Shown piece by piece: positions 18,822 through 29,744 of a DNA stretch of 64,000 nucleotides (position 1 is the stretch's first letter; each line of letters opens with the position of its first letter). A model generated the notes under the pieces. That model worked only from the letters and a program-made list of their open reading frames with translations. It was not told the origin of the DNA and ran no database searches. The stretch is from NCBI GenBank assembly GCA_964464965.1, contig CAYXHM010000001.1, positions 251,947 to 315,946 of the forward strand. The letters run 5' to 3'. Both the position numbers and the translations under genes were made by a program. Source of the DNA: an uncultured Flavipsychrobacter sp. GTDB lineage: Bacteria; Bacteroidota; Bacteroidia; Chitinophagales; Chitinophagaceae.

Positions 18822-19463
18822 ATGCTATATACACAATCTTTTGTTTTCAACCCCTTCCAGGAAAACACGTACATCATATATAACGATGAAAAGCTGTGCT
18901 GGATTGTGGACCCCGGCATGCATAATGCAGCTGAACTGCGTCATTTTACCGATTATATACGCGAGCATAAGCTGGTGCCGCAAAGCATCATCAATACCCA
19001 CGCGCATATAGATCATATTTTTGGCGTGGCGGCGGTTACCGACCTATACAAAATACCGTTTGGCATACATGAAAAAGACCTGCCGGTGCTCAACAGCGCG
19101 CAGGGTTCTGCAGCTATGTTTGGTTTTGATTTTGGCGCTATGCCTAAAGTTGATTTCTACATACAAGAAGATAGCCCTTTAAAACTTGGCGACGACGAGA
19201 TAGATGTACGTTTTGTACCAGGCCATTCTCCCGGAAGTGTTGCGTTTTATTATAAGGCGGGCAACTGGGTAATAGCCGGAGATGCCCTGTTTAATGGCAG
19301 TATAGGCCGTACAGACCTGCCGGGTGGTAATCACACCCAACTGATAACATCCATAAAAACCCAGCTACTGACGCTGCCAGGAGAAACAAGGGTACATTCA
19401 GGGCATGGGCCTGATACTACCGTAGGGGCAGAAAAAAACCACAACCCATTTCTTACAGAATAG
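18822..19463 (+). CDS. MBL-fold metallo-hydrolase (glyoxalase II-like)
   Basis: Contains the THAHIDHIFG metal-binding motif, then PGHSPGS and GDALF..SIGRTD. Confidence 0.85.
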   Translation: MLYTQSFVFNPFQENTYIIYNDEKLCWIVDPGMHNAAELRHFTDYIREHKLVPQSIINTHAHIDHIFGVAAVTDLYKIPFGIHEKDLPVLNSAQGSAAMFGFDFGAMPKVDFYIQEDSPLKLGDDEIDVRFVPGHSPGSVAFYYKAGNWVIAGDALFNGSIGRTDLPGGNHTQLITSIKTQLLTLPGETRVHSGHGPDTTVGAEKNHNPFLTE

Positions 19464-20190
19464 GCTCGTGAAGGAGCAGTTCCGTATGCTTCAGATAAGG
19501 CACTACAGGGTGCAGGTCTATCGTTGCGCAATAGGCCATATCATTTTCAAGTCCGTATGCAGATAAGCGGCGGTAGTGGGAACTGTTGCGTAAAAAATCT
19601 ATGGGTTGGCCACCATCCATACTATTATACAGCGTCTCCGCCGCACGTGCGCTGTCGCAATTTATATCAAAGCAGTCCTTTACTTTATTTACTACAGCGC
19701 CGGCAAACAGAGTATCTTCCAGGTTGAAACGGTCTTTCCAAGCTGCGCAGGCCAGCAACACATTCCTGTTCTTCTTCACCAGGAAGTCGCAGACAGCGCT
19801 AAGGTTTACAAAAGAACCCGTGATAATGGTGTCTGCGCCATGTATCATATGCAGCAGCTTGGTACCATTAGTGGTAGTTAACACCAGTGTCTTGCCTTCT
19901 ATAAATTCCCTGCCATATTCAGATGGGGAGTTACCATGTTGCAGGCCCTCTACAATATGGCCATTTCTTTCGCCAGCTGTCACACTGTTTTCAATACTAT
20001 TGCCCAGTTCTATACATTCGTCCACATTGGCAACAGGTATTACTGCCTTAGCTTTGTTATACAAAGCAGTGGCAATAGTAGATGTTGCCCTGAACACGTC
20101 AATTATAACCACAACAGCCTCTTCAGTATTGTATAAATGCAATAATGCGGGCGATAAACAAACTTCTAACTTCGGTTTTTCCATTACCAT
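19453..20190 (-). CDS. comB: 2-phosphosulfolactate phosphatase family protein
   Basis: VVVIIDVFRATSTI near the N-terminus and an overall ~240-aa layout typical of the ComB family. Its 3' end overlaps the convergent MBL gene by 11 nt. Confidence 0.75.
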   Translation of the reverse strand: MVMEKPKLEVCLSPALLHLYNTEEAVVVIIDVFRATSTIATALYNKAKAVIPVANVDECIELGNSIENSVTAGERNGHIVEGLQHGNSPSEYGREFIEGKTLVLTTTNGTKLLHMIHGADTIITGSFVNLSAVCDFLVKKNRNVLLACAAWKDRFNLEDTLFAGAVVNKVKDCFDINCDSARAAETLYNSMDGGQPIDFLRNSSHYRRLSAYGLENDMAYCATIDLHPVVPYLKHTELLLHEPIL

Positions 20191-20255
20191 CGGGCACCAA
20201 TAAAATAAGGTTGCAATATTAAATAAAACACCGCAAAAAGGGTGACTGTGGAAAT

Positions 20256-20287
20256 AAAAAAGCTGCCGTTTTGAGCGGCAGCTTTTC
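20256..20287 (-). terminator. Terminator of the gld operon
   Basis: agctgccg / ttttgag / cggcagct with flanking A and T runs. On the minus strand it is followed by ttttttattt, 23 nt after the gldN stop. Confidence 0.8.
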
Positions 20288-20309
20288 CTTTATCATTCAT
20301 GTGGTGGTA

Positions 20310-21227
20310 TTAATACACCCACATATCGTGTTCTTTGTTAAATAACATTTCGCTTGCTTTCTGGCCCTCATACAGCGCCTCCAGCGGAGACATACGCCTG
20401 TTCGAATATGTCATATCAAACGGATTGCTGGTTTTTATGATTTTGCTTGCGAAGAACCTGCCTTCGAAGAAATCGTACCACGTCATACGCGCTACATCAT
20501 TCTCGGGATTGAATACCTCGTACTGCGCCAGCATAGGCCTCATTTCAGGATAGTACAACCAGAACACCGCCTGGGATGCACGGTACATACCTGTAGCCTC
20601 GTCTATGATATCCTTGATAGGTGCAACACCTATGATACGTACTACCATGCGGCCAAGGTTCCTGTCAAAGTTCCATTCTTCTTTTATCCTGTACTTGGTT
20701 ACGATATCAGGGTTGAACTCACGACGAGTAATAACCTGTGTAACATCACCTGTTATCGGGTCAACCACTTCATTCGTATCCGGCTGGCCTATCATCATCT
20801 CCATTATCTGTTCACGTGTCAGCGCATTTGTAAAGCGGTCATCTACGTTAGAGTAAGCCTTTATTTTGCCTTTCTTTACCGCATCAAGAATGATCTCAAT
20901 GAAATAACCACCACCGGTATAATCATCACCCGGATAACGGAAAGCCATGTTCTGCTTTTCGCGGATGTCTATCTCGCGCCACACTTTTTTGCTCCACATC
21001 ACATCGTTTTCACGAAGTGGCTGCCACTCAAGTATGTGCGTAGGATGTTCTATCCTGTCAAAAGCACCATCCCTTACCAGTGAAGGTTGCCAGGTTTCCT
21101 TTACACCTTCTTTGGCACTGAACTGGGAACTCGGGTCCGTTGTTGAGTTATCCTGGGCAAACGCTACCCCACCAAACGACACCAATACGGCTGTAGCTGC
21201 AATTCTATATGATTTGAGGATATTCAT
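20310..21227 (-). CDS. gldN: Gliding motility / T9SS protein GldN
   Basis: Last gene of the K-L-M-N block. About 300 aa with a signal peptide, at the conserved position after gldM. Confidence 0.85.
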   Translation of the reverse strand: MNILKSYRIAATAVLVSFGGVAFAQDNSTTDPSSQFSAKEGVKETWQPSLVRDGAFDRIEHPTHILEWQPLRENDVMWSKKVWREIDIREKQNMAFRYPGDDYTGGGYFIEIILDAVKKGKIKAYSNVDDRFTNALTREQIMEMMIGQPDTNEVVDPITGDVTQVITRREFNPDIVTKYRIKEEWNFDRNLGRMVVRIIGVAPIKDIIDEATGMYRASQAVFWLYYPEMRPMLAQYEVFNPENDVARMTWYDFFEGRFFASKIIKTSNPFDMTYSNRRMSPLEALYEGQKASEMLFNKEHDMWVY

Positions 21228-21283
21228 AATTCCGATAATGATTTGCTTTAAAATTTAATCTAACGTTAAATTTATAAAAATTT

Positions 21284-22840
21284 TTATAAAAGTAAAAAAG
21301 TAATGGAGTTCAGTTTTCTGACACGACCGTCTGGTCCCCTGGCTTTTATTTCTTCAAAATAAACCCTGTCGCCTGGTTTGCTACGTTTAATAGCGTCGAT
21401 GATATCTTTGTTTTTGTTCAGATATGCATCATCAGATTTAAACGGACCTTGCAATTCCCCACGTTTAGGCAACAAGCTCATTTCATAACCTGTAACTACA
21501 AAACGTGTGTCAAAGTCAAAGTTTTTCAAGGAAGCAACCACACCTATCTGCGCTTTTAAAGTGCTTGAAGGAATACCACCACCAGACTTTCCACCTACTT
21601 CAGGTACAGGGTCAGGAATGTATTTTACACGCACTTCCATACCACCTACCCTTTTCACTCCTGCTTCAGTTTTGGCATTGATATTTGCCATTACTTTACC
21701 AGGCTTGCTGGCTTTCACTACATAGTGGCCTATGCCCTCAGCAGTATTTGCTGTCACATCTGCACCATCTATGCCTACAGATATATCCTGCAAAGAATAA
21801 CCTGCGGCAGACACTGTAATCGGGTTGTCAACACCTATATAAAACACGTTCATTTTATCAAGCTGTATAGACGCACCAGTAGAACCTACCATGTACTGGA
21901 ATTCGAAGTCGCGTTCTTCCTGCCTTCCACCTAAATCTATAGCCACGCGTCCTTTCACTGTTTTCAGGCCGATGCCGGATGCGGTTACTTCATATTGGCC
22001 AACACCATCTTTTATTTCTTTGATAGAACCGCCACCACCTGTGATAGATATACGCGGGTCAAGACTTTTATTATAGGCAGCCAACAATATCTTAGCTTCT
22101 ATCTTTTGTCCTTCCAGGGCATAACTTGTAGTCGGTACCGCAATAGCTTCAAAGGCGTCAAATTTAATTACCTCTTCGCCCGATTCTGCTGCAAGTTGGT
22201 TCAGTATCAGCGCTTCACTGTTCCTAATGTCATTCTGAAATTTAGACATCAATGTAACAACCGCCATTGTAGGCATATTATAGAAGTAAGCAGTTGCCCA
22301 ATCACCCTGGGGGTTATTGTCGCTTTTCTCTACATCTACAATTTTTATTGGCAGATCTTTAGCAATCTGTGCTTTGTATTTAGGATTTACGACCCCAAGC
22401 AGATCGTTCCTTAAACCAACCAACTGCGCTTTCAGTTCATCACCACCTTTTTTCTCAACAAGCAATAGCGTACTGGCGTCGATGTTGTCTTTACGTTTAA
22501 TTTCACCGTTTTCTTCACGACCACCGGCTTCGTCTATTACTTTATTTTTCCATTCTTCAAGCTTTGCAATCATCGCAGCAGATTTTGCCTTAACGATCTT
22601 AGCGTTGTCGTTGTATTTTTTTATACGGTCGCGTTGCACTGGATCATCCTCTTTCGCCTGGAAACTTTTGTATATCTCATCATTTTTCGCTTCAATAGAG
22701 TTGTTTGAAGAAGATATACTTTCATTTATCACTTCGAAAGCGTGCAGGATCTCGGACGATACATTGAGTGCCAGCATTGCTGTCAATACCAGATACATCA
22801 GGTTGATCATTAACTGCCGCGGCTCCTTAGGTAGAGACAT
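21284..22840 (-). CDS. gldM: Gliding motility / T9SS protein GldM
   Basis: The N-terminus PRQLMINLMYLVLTAMLALNVS (single TM) is the GldM signature. It is 518 aa. Confidence 0.9.
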   Translation of the reverse strand: MSLPKEPRQLMINLMYLVLTAMLALNVSSEILHAFEVINESISSSNNSIEAKNDEIYKSFQAKEDDPVQRDRIKKYNDNAKIVKAKSAAMIAKLEEWKNKVIDEAGGREENGEIKRKDNIDASTLLLVEKKGGDELKAQLVGLRNDLLGVVNPKYKAQIAKDLPIKIVDVEKSDNNPQGDWATAYFYNMPTMAVVTLMSKFQNDIRNSEALILNQLAAESGEEVIKFDAFEAIAVPTTSYALEGQKIEAKILLAAYNKSLDPRISITGGGGSIKEIKDGVGQYEVTASGIGLKTVKGRVAIDLGGRQEERDFEFQYMVGSTGASIQLDKMNVFYIGVDNPITVSAAGYSLQDISVGIDGADVTANTAEGIGHYVVKASKPGKVMANINAKTEAGVKRVGGMEVRVKYIPDPVPEVGGKSGGGIPSSTLKAQIGVVASLKNFDFDTRFVVTGYEMSLLPKRGELQGPFKSDDAYLNKNKDIIDAIKRSKPGDRVYFEEIKARGPDGRVRKLNSITFLLL

Positions 22841-22901
22841 CCTGTTATAATTTTTCTAAGGTTATTTATTGATTGATTCTACTACTTCTGTTGTTGCTTT
22901 A

Positions 22902-23720
22902 TTACCTGCCCTGCATAGCCGCCAGCATATTACCATAAATCTGGTTCAGCGTAGTCAGGTTTTGAGACAGTAATGCTATTTGCTCTTTAGCAGCTACCGC
23001 GTCTGTCGCGCTGGAAGCCATAGCATCAGAAGCATTCACCAGGTTGCTATAAAACTTATTCATAGCTTTCAGGTGGTTGTTAGCATCCTGAAGTTCTACT
23101 TCATAAATCTGGTTAAGAGAGCCCAGATTCCTGGACAGTACCTGAACCTGCTCATGAAAGCGTGCCGTATCATCTGCAGCATTATTGAAAGACTGCATTG
23201 TATTACTTGCACCTATGAATGTGTTTTTCATTTCACCCAGTGCCTGTGCAGCATCGCGAGCGCTTTGAGAATATTCATTAGTAGCAGATGTAACTTCTGT
23301 AATATCTTTAATCTGGTCAACCACTGCACCAAACCTCTGGAAGTTATCACCCAGTTTCCTGATGTTAGCAGGAGTGATCTGTGCTTCTTCCATCATTTTA
23401 TCTAATGATGCGCCCGGAGAAACTTTGCCGGCAGCAGAGTCGAACTTTGTGCCTTTACGATAAGCTTCAACATGTGGGTTTTCATCAATATTCGGATAAA
23501 AACGCTCCCAGTAGTAATCTTTATGTGGAGGCAGTAAACCCAGCAGGGCAAAGATGAAAGCCTCGGTAAGCATACCAATCGTCAACATAGGGCCTGCACC
23601 GGGCCAGTGTTGCAACTTAAACAGCGCTCCTAAAAGTACTATCGACGCACCCACACCAATAATCAAATTCTTGATATACTTACCCTGTTTGGTCTCGAAA
23701 AACAGTGATACTGAACCCAT
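22902..23720 (-). CDS. gldL: Gliding motility / T9SS protein GldL
   Basis: The two N-terminal TM helices read KNLIIGVGASIVLLGALFKLQHWPGAGPMLTIGMLTEAFIFALLG. The C-terminal coiled-coil has repeated L..LN.IY motifs. Confidence 0.9.
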   Translation of the reverse strand: MGSVSLFFETKQGKYIKNLIIGVGASIVLLGALFKLQHWPGAGPMLTIGMLTEAFIFALLGLLPPHKDYYWERFYPNIDENPHVEAYRKGTKFDSAAGKVSPGASLDKMMEEAQITPANIRKLGDNFQRFGAVVDQIKDITEVTSATNEYSQSARDAAQALGEMKNTFIGASNTMQSFNNAADDTARFHEQVQVLSRNLGSLNQIYEVELQDANNHLKAMNKFYSNLVNASDAMASSATDAVAAKEQIALLSQNLTTLNQIYGNMLAAMQGR

Positions 23721-23775
23721 TTCTGTTATTTTTCTGTAGTTGATAAATATTATAAAAATCTTATTCCCTTAATTA

Positions 23776-25032
23776 TTAGCGCCTGTTGTTTAGTGAGCCG
23801 TGAATTTGCTCTATTACGCAACGGAAACCGATGTATGCTTTAGCAGTATCTGCAAATTCATAGTCACGTGTACCATTTTGCAGGTAAAATGCAACATCTC
23901 TCCAGCTACCACCGCGTATTACTTTGCGCGTCATCCACAAAGGATCGTTCTCCTGGATTTCGTAGTTGATATTAGGATTTAAATCTGCTACAGCCTGGTA
24001 TGCTGTATTGAAGTATGTAGATTGAGTCCATTCCGACACGTTGCCTGCCATATTATACAGCCCGAAATCGTTTGGCCAGTAACGGTCAACAGGTACTGTG
24101 TACAGGCCACCGTCTGCAGCATAATTTCCACGCTGCGGCTTAAAGTTAGCCAGGTAACAACCTTTTTTATTCACTATGTATGGACCGCCCCATGGGTATG
24201 GAGACTCTGTACGGCCACCGCGTGCTGCATACTCCCACTGCTCTTCACTTGGCAGTTTGAAGCTACCTTCGAAATACATCTTGTTTTTCTCACGTTCAGA
24301 CTTCCAAAGGGCAGTCCTCCAGTGACAGAAAGCCACGGCCTGGTGCCAGTTAACACCCACTACAGGGTAGTTATCAAACGCAGGGAACCAGTTGTACTGC
24401 ATTGCTATAGGCTCGTTATAAGAATATTGCAACTGACGCACCCACACCGTAGTATCAGGATAAACCTTTATGTCATGTTTTTCAACAAAATTCGTACGAT
24501 CCTGGGCGCCGTTGCGGGCTGCCTGTCCGTAATCAAAAGTTTCGTAGTGGAATACCAGCTTAGAGTTATCAAACTCTTTGCGGCCCCATCCTGACGCTTC
24601 AGCAGGAATATAGAAGCTGGCCAGTTGATCCTGAAGGTCAGGATCTTTCCAGTTGATTTTTTTCCTCATATCCACCATCTGCGTACCATCATCAAGATCT
24701 ATAAAATCTCCTAACATCACGTGCGCTGTAGAATCGCGTACCCAGTTTACAAACTGGCGGTATTCTGCGTTAGATATTTCTGTCGCATCCATAAAGAAGC
24801 CTGGAACCTGCGTGGTGCGTATCATCGCATCCTGTTTTCCACGAACATCTTCATCACTTGCTCCCATTTTAAACACACCTGATGGAACATACACCATACC
24901 AATAGGAACGGGAGGCCTATAGTTCATCACATTGGGCTCTCCTACCAGTTGACCACCATTGCCGGGTGTTCCGCAGCTTGCAGCGAATGCAAGTAATGCA
25001 ACAGCTGAGATCTTCAGGGAAAGTTGTTTCAT
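23776..25032 (-). CDS. gldK: Gliding motility / T9SS lipoprotein GldK (FGE-sulfatase fold)
   Basis: Lipobox AFAASCG, plus an FGE/SUMF1-like domain (NVSEWT, RGGSW, GFRCV). Confidence 0.9.
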   Translation of the reverse strand: MKQLSLKISAVALLAFAASCGTPGNGGQLVGEPNVMNYRPPVPIGMVYVPSGVFKMGASDEDVRGKQDAMIRTTQVPGFFMDATEISNAEYRQFVNWVRDSTAHVMLGDFIDLDDGTQMVDMRKKINWKDPDLQDQLASFYIPAEASGWGRKEFDNSKLVFHYETFDYGQAARNGAQDRTNFVEKHDIKVYPDTTVWVRQLQYSYNEPIAMQYNWFPAFDNYPVVGVNWHQAVAFCHWRTALWKSEREKNKMYFEGSFKLPSEEQWEYAARGGRTESPYPWGGPYIVNKKGCYLANFKPQRGNYAADGGLYTVPVDRYWPNDFGLYNMAGNVSEWTQSTYFNTAYQAVADLNPNINYEIQENDPLWMTRKVIRGGSWRDVAFYLQNGTRDYEFADTAKAYIGFRCVIEQIHGSLNNRR

Positions 25033-25215
25033 ACTACGATTGTTAATTTTTTTTTGCGTTTAGGCAAATAAAGTAAATTTTTGGTAAAGATGCTAATATG
25101 CCGCCTTACCGATGCACAATATTTAAAGATTTTTCCAAAAATGCAAGTTTCAAAAAAAAAATTGTTTGTAATGGCAAACGCTAATATGGTGAAAAAACAA
25201 TTTAGAAACAAGAGG

Positions 25216-27240
25216 TTATAAATTTATTTTCAAAAGCTCCTGCAACCTTTCTGCATCCTGCACGGGCGCCATGCAGGATGTTGTATCGCAAATATGCACC
25301 TGTTCCCGCTCTTCAGCATATTTACCGGCAAGCAAAGGAATACGGCTTGCATCCTGCATTACAGGCATGATATACACCTGTGGATAATAGTCATTCTGCA
25401 GCGTTTGCAGCAACATGCCGCCCTTTTGCACACCGGTTACGGCTGTTTTATAGCCTGCAGCCATTCTTTGCCCGTATATGGCCCAGTTTGAAAATGATGT
25501 GGCATAGCGCATAGCATTACCTGCCATCTGCCTCAGGACATATTGCCCCTGCTCTACCCAATGGCTGCGTTCCATGAGCATACCGCACAGCACCAGGTTA
25601 TGCGCCATAACACTGTTTGATGCGGGTACAGAGCCATCGTACAGGTCTGTCTTCCGTGCGGGAATATCCGTTTGTTTTTCTGATGTGAAGTAGAAAAAGC
25701 TTTTATCCTCATGCAAAAATTCTCCCTGGACTATCTCTATCATATCAGTGGCTGTAAGAATTAAATATTCATCGCCTGAAACCGATGCCAGCTGCAGCAT
25801 AGCGGCTATTGCGTATGCATAGTCATCCAGCTTCGCAGCTATTTTTGAAACACCATTTTTGCGGGTGTGCAGCCACTGGCCGTTTACAAAATAACTATCC
25901 AGCATCCACTTTGCATGGCGTTGCGCCTGCGCTATATAATCAGCGTTTTGCAGGGCTTTTCCTGCTTTGCTCAAGGCCATATTCATCAGCGCATTCCATG
26001 ACAGTAAACACTTGTCGTCTGTAGCGGGTCTTATCCTTGTTTTTCTTATCTCCAGCAAAGTGTTATTTACAGTTTTTATCCTGCCAGCTACCTCTTCTTC
26101 GCTTATACCGTATTGTGCCGCAAGCTCTGCCGTTGTAGCTGCTATATGCAGTATATTGGTTCCTTCCCAATTTCCTTCTTTGCTGATACCGTAGTGCCTT
26201 TCAACCAATTCGTCGCCACCGGTGGCTTCCTGCCATTCCTGCCATGTCCACGTGTAGTATTTCCCCTCTACCCCTTCACTATCTGCATCCAGGGCGCAAT
26301 AAAAGCCTCCGTCAGGCGCTGCCAGCTCATTGTTTACAAATCCTATGGTTTGCTCTACGATACGCCTGTATTTATCCTCTTTTGTTATGCTGCAGGCATC
26401 TGCATAGGCCATTACCAGCAGGGCATTGTCATAGAGCATTTTCTCAAAATGCGACGCCAGCCAGCACGCATCCGTACTGTACCTGGCAAAACCACCTGCA
26501 AGCTGGTCGTAAATGCCGCCATCTGCCATTGCATCCAGGCTTTTCAGCGCCTGTTTCAGCGCAGGTTCGTAGCCTGTAAAATGATAGTGTTCCAACAAGT
26601 AAGTAATAGCCATAGCTGCAGGAAATTTCGGTGCAGCACCAAACCCTCCAAGCTCTTGATCAGCAGCGTTCAGCAGGGTGTCTGCCACCTTGCGGCAGGC
26701 GGCTGCATCCCAATTGCCGTCTTTACTGAAAGCCACAGCAGACAACTGTTTCAGGTAGTTAAGCATCTGCGTGCTTTGTGTGTCTATCTCACTATGCTCA
26801 TTGATCCATATATTGTTGATCTGCTGTAAAACCTGCATCCACGATGGCCTGCCATACAGTGGTTGCGGCGGGTAGTAGGTTCCGCCATAAAAAGGCACTC
26901 TTTGCGGCGTTACAAACACATTCAGCGGCCACCCCCCACTCTGTGTTATAGCCTGTACGGCATCCATGTACATATGGTCAACATCGGGATGTTCCTCCCT
27001 GTCCACTTTTATGTTGATGAAGTGCTCATTCATATAGGCGGCTACTTCTTCATTTTCAAAGCTTTCGCGCTCCATTACATGGCACCAGTGGCATGCGGCA
27101 TACCCAATACTCACAATTACAGGTTTCTGCTCCTTTTCAGCCCTTTCAAAGGCCTCGTCGCCCCAAGGATACCATTCTACAGGATTATGCGCGTGTTGCA
27201 GCAGGTACGGGCTTTGTTCGTTGATCAATCTGTTGGCCAT
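25216..27240 (-). CDS. Thioredoxin-domain protein YyaL/DUF255 with N-acylglucosamine-2-epimerase-like domain
   Basis: From the internal ATG at 27240 the sequence reads [27 protein letters not shown]...[18 protein letters not shown], the canonical DUF255 N-terminus. The track start at 27312 adds 24 unlikely residues. Confidence 0.85.
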   Translation of the reverse strand: MANRLINEQSPYLLQHAHNPVEWYPWGDEAFERAEKEQKPVIVSIGYAACHWCHVMERESFENEEVAAYMNEHFINIKVDREEHPDVDHMYMDAVQAITQSGGWPLNVFVTPQRVPFYGGTYYPPQPLYGRPSWMQVLQQINNIWINEHSEIDTQSTQMLNYLKQLSAVAFSKDGNWDAAACRKVADTLLNAADQELGGFGAAPKFPAAMAITYLLEHYHFTGYEPALKQALKSLDAMADGGIYDQLAGGFARYSTDACWLASHFEKMLYDNALLVMAYADACSITKEDKYRRIVEQTIGFVNNELAAPDGGFYCALDADSEGVEGKYYTWTWQEWQEATGGDELVERHYGISKEGNWEGTNILHIAATTAELAAQYGISEEEVAGRIKTVNNTLLEIRKTRIRPATDDKCLLSWNALMNMALSKAGKALQNADYIAQAQRHAKWMLDSYFVNGQWLHTRKNGVSKIAAKLDDYAYAIAAMLQLASVSGDEYLILTATDMIEIVQGEFLHEDKSFFYFTSEKQTDIPARKTDLYDGSVPASNSVMAHNLVLCGMLMERSHWVEQGQYVLRQMAGNAMRYATSFSNWAIYGQRMAAGYKTAVTGVQKGGMLLQTLQNDYYPQVYIMPVMQDASRIPLLAGKYAEEREQVHICDTTSCMAPVQDAERLQELLKINL

Positions 27241-27327
27241 ACTGCAAGTTACCGAAAAGATACAGGCACAAAAAAGCCCGTCCCAACTATCGCCGGGACG
27301 GGCATATATCATTCAGTATATAAATTT

Positions 27328-28119
27328 TTATTTACGTTTATCCAGGAATTGTTCCAGCGCGGCTATCATAGATGGTGCGTTGGGGGCTGGTGCTTTTATG
27401 TTCAGCGTCAGGCCGGCATCTTCTATGGCTTTTGATGTGGTAGGCCCAAAGGCGCCTATCATAGTACCGTTCTGCTTATAAGTGGGGATATTATCAAACA
27501 GGGTCTGTACACTGTTAGGGCTGTAAAACAGGATGACATCATAGCTGTTTTTCATAACGGGGCTGATGTCGTTTGCCACCGTCCTGAACAGGGTAGCCTC
27601 TACAAAATTAGCCCCTTCGTCGGCCAGGTATTGCGCTATCTCGTTCTTACCGGTGTCAGAGGTAGGCACTATGAACTTTTCGTTATTTTTATGTTTGGCT
27701 ATAACCTCCTGCAAACCTTCAATGCTTCCATCAGCAGAAAAGAAAACCTTGCGCTTCCTGTATAGGATAAACTTTTGCAGGTAAAGCGCCACGGCCTCGG
27801 TACTGCAAAAATATTTCATATCCTGCGAAACCTTGATTTTCAACTCTTCACATATCCTGAAGAAGTTATCTATCGCCTTCCTGCTGGCAAAAACGATAGC
27901 TGTATATTCAGCCACATCTATTTTCTGCTTTCGGAATTCTCTGCCTTCAATACCATCTACCATGATAAATGGATGAAAATCTATCTCCAGGCCGTATTTT
28001 TTGGCCAGGTCGTAGTAAGGAGACTTGTCTGTAAGGGGTTTAGGTTGTGTAATCAAAACCCGGTTTACGCTCTGCTCTTTCTTACCGTTGTTCTTTATCG
28101 CTCGTTCTGCTTTTGCCAT
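27328..28119 (-). CDS. hemD: Uroporphyrinogen-III synthase-like protein
   Basis: About 260 aa with a HemD-like two-lobe pattern (VLITQP..., ...IVFASRKAIDNF, ...FGPTTSKA). It sits immediately downstream of a DUF4271-type membrane gene, an arrangement I recall as common in Bacteroidota. Confidence 0.65.
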   Translation of the reverse strand: MAKAERAIKNNGKKEQSVNRVLITQPKPLTDKSPYYDLAKKYGLEIDFHPFIMVDGIEGREFRKQKIDVAEYTAIVFASRKAIDNFFRICEELKIKVSQDMKYFCSTEAVALYLQKFILYRKRKVFFSADGSIEGLQEVIAKHKNNEKFIVPTSDTGKNEIAQYLADEGANFVEATLFRTVANDISPVMKNSYDVILFYSPNSVQTLFDNIPTYKQNGTMIGAFGPTTSKAIEDAGLTLNIKAPAPNAPSMIAALEQFLDKRK

Positions 28120-28183
28120 ATCGGGGGAGTACCTGTTAATTTTTATTACAAATTAACTTTAGTTTACCTGTTTAATTTGTTCT

Positions 28184-29062
28184 TTAATAATACATTCCGC
28201 GTATCAATAGCTTTGCCAAAACTGCCATAGGCAATATTTCGGAAGCGCAAAGGTACGTAAAAAAATGAAATTTGCTGTACTGGAAAAACGACCCCAGCAC
28301 CTGCCAGGACCTGATATAACGGTTGGTAAACAACAATGCTACCAGGAATAATGACACGATGATAGCCGGGTGGCCCAGTTCAGGCTGTGCAAAGGCAAGC
28401 AGTATAGTAAATGGCAGTACCGCTATGGCGATAATCTTATTGATGAGGAATACATTATACATATAATGCCCTATAATGACACGGACATTAAATGCCCAGC
28501 CGCTAAAACGCAATACTGCATATTTTGCACCGTACAGTCCCACAAAGCTAATTATAAGTACACTTATGAGTAAAGACGGGGAATAGATGGCATAACGTTG
28601 GGGCATGTAGAATTTAAATACATAATAAACATACACCCCGGCAGATAATGCGAAGAAAAAATTCATGAACAGGTTGTATAACATCCATCCTCCCATTTTC
28701 TCCTTCATCTGCTGCGCGCCATAGCCAGGACTGCGAAAGGCCTTAAAAAGGTTCTGAAAATACCTGGGATTGGCAAAACGCATCACCCCCAGCATGATCA
28801 GCAATCCCAGTATGAGATAAAAATCAAAGGTTTTGTCTGTAAATATCCTGCGATGCTCCCTGGTTACATACCTGCCAGCTTCCAGCATAGGGTGCGCACG
28901 CAGCACACTATCTGTAGCCTGCACAGCTGCTTTTTCGGCCATGGCGGCATTTATCACTACGCTGCTGTCATAGCGCAGTACATTCACCTTTGCTGCTGCA
29001 GGAATGTACACCAGCAACATCAAAAGCAACAAAAAACGGGATACTATTTTATAGAAACGCAT
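28184..29062 (-). CDS. DUF4271-like multi-pass membrane protein
   Basis: 292 aa with about 6 TM helices after a ~60-aa N-terminal region. The position upstream of the hemD-like gene supports the call. Confidence 0.6.
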   Translation of the reverse strand: MRFYKIVSRFLLLLMLLVYIPAAAKVNVLRYDSSVVINAAMAEKAAVQATDSVLRAHPMLEAGRYVTREHRRIFTDKTFDFYLILGLLIMLGVMRFANPRYFQNLFKAFRSPGYGAQQMKEKMGGWMLYNLFMNFFFALSAGVYVYYVFKFYMPQRYAIYSPSLLISVLIISFVGLYGAKYAVLRFSGWAFNVRVIIGHYMYNVFLINKIIAIAVLPFTILLAFAQPELGHPAIIVSLFLVALLFTNRYIRSWQVLGSFFQYSKFHFFTYLCASEILPMAVLAKLLIRGMYY

Positions 29063-29075
29063 ACGCTTACCGGTG

Positions 29076-29083
29076 CAAAGTTA
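29076..29083 (-). promoter_or_regulatory. -7 promoter motif (TAACTTTG) for the DUF4271-hemD-yyaL block
   Basis: Exact TAnnTTTG match on the minus strand, 14 nt upstream of ATG 29062. Confidence 0.4.
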
Positions 29084-29115
29084 GTATTAGCACAGATATT
29101 TTAGCACTCCTGTAG

Positions 29116-29655
29116 CTATTGAAAAAGATTGAGGTCTTTCCTGACCATGTTGTAGAGGGTCTCCAGGTGCATTTTATCGCCCGCATTGCAGTGTTGCAAA
29201 GCCTCGCTGCGCGATTTCCTGAAGCAGGCCATAAGATCTGATGTACAACTGGTGCGTATCTCCGAAGCCATTGCCTTCGCCCATTGAAACTTATAGCCGC
29301 TATAGGCTTTCTCGCGTGAAAACAACACCTGCCCCAGCGAGCCGGGCTGTAATTCTGCCGTAAAGCGGGAAATAATCTTAAGTTCTTCCAGCAATTCCCC
29401 CTCGGCCTGGCTAAGCATATGACAGGCCATCAGTATGTAAAAAGGGCGGGTTACGTCATTATCAGTAAAAACACTGTCCAGTACAGAGTATGCTTTGTGA
29501 AGGTTTGTTTTGTTGAGGCCCTCTGTATAATAATCTTTTGCATCGCGGGATACATCTGCCCTGGAGAGATAGAACTGCGGTGGCTGCAGCTCCTGCGCAT
29601 AACCGCAAAAACCACAAACGCAGAAAATCAGTACAAAAGTTACTCTATACAACAT
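29116..29655 (-). CDS. Hypothetical secreted protein
   Basis: The internal ATG at 29655 gives MLYRVTFVLIFCVCGFCGYAQ, a signal peptide. No known motifs. Confidence 0.55.
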   Translation of the reverse strand: MLYRVTFVLIFCVCGFCGYAQELQPPQFYLSRADVSRDAKDYYTEGLNKTNLHKAYSVLDSVFTDNDVTRPFYILMACHMLSQAEGELLEELKIISRFTAELQPGSLGQVLFSREKAYSGYKFQWAKAMASEIRTSCTSDLMACFRKSRSEALQHCNAGDKMHLETLYNMVRKDLNLFQ

Positions 29656-29726
29656 ATGGGGGTGCCTAAAAATAAAAAAAGATGCCAAATACTCACAGTT
29701 GTTTTTACAAAGGGCAATATTGGTGG

Positions 29727-29734
29727 TACTTTTG
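29727..29734 (+). promoter_or_regulatory. -7 promoter motif (TACTTTTG) for hemW
   Basis: Exact TAnnTTTG match, 10 nt upstream of ATG 29745. This implies a very short 5' UTR and argues against the upstream track start at 29682. Confidence 0.45.
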
Positions 29735-29744
29735 CGGCACAATC

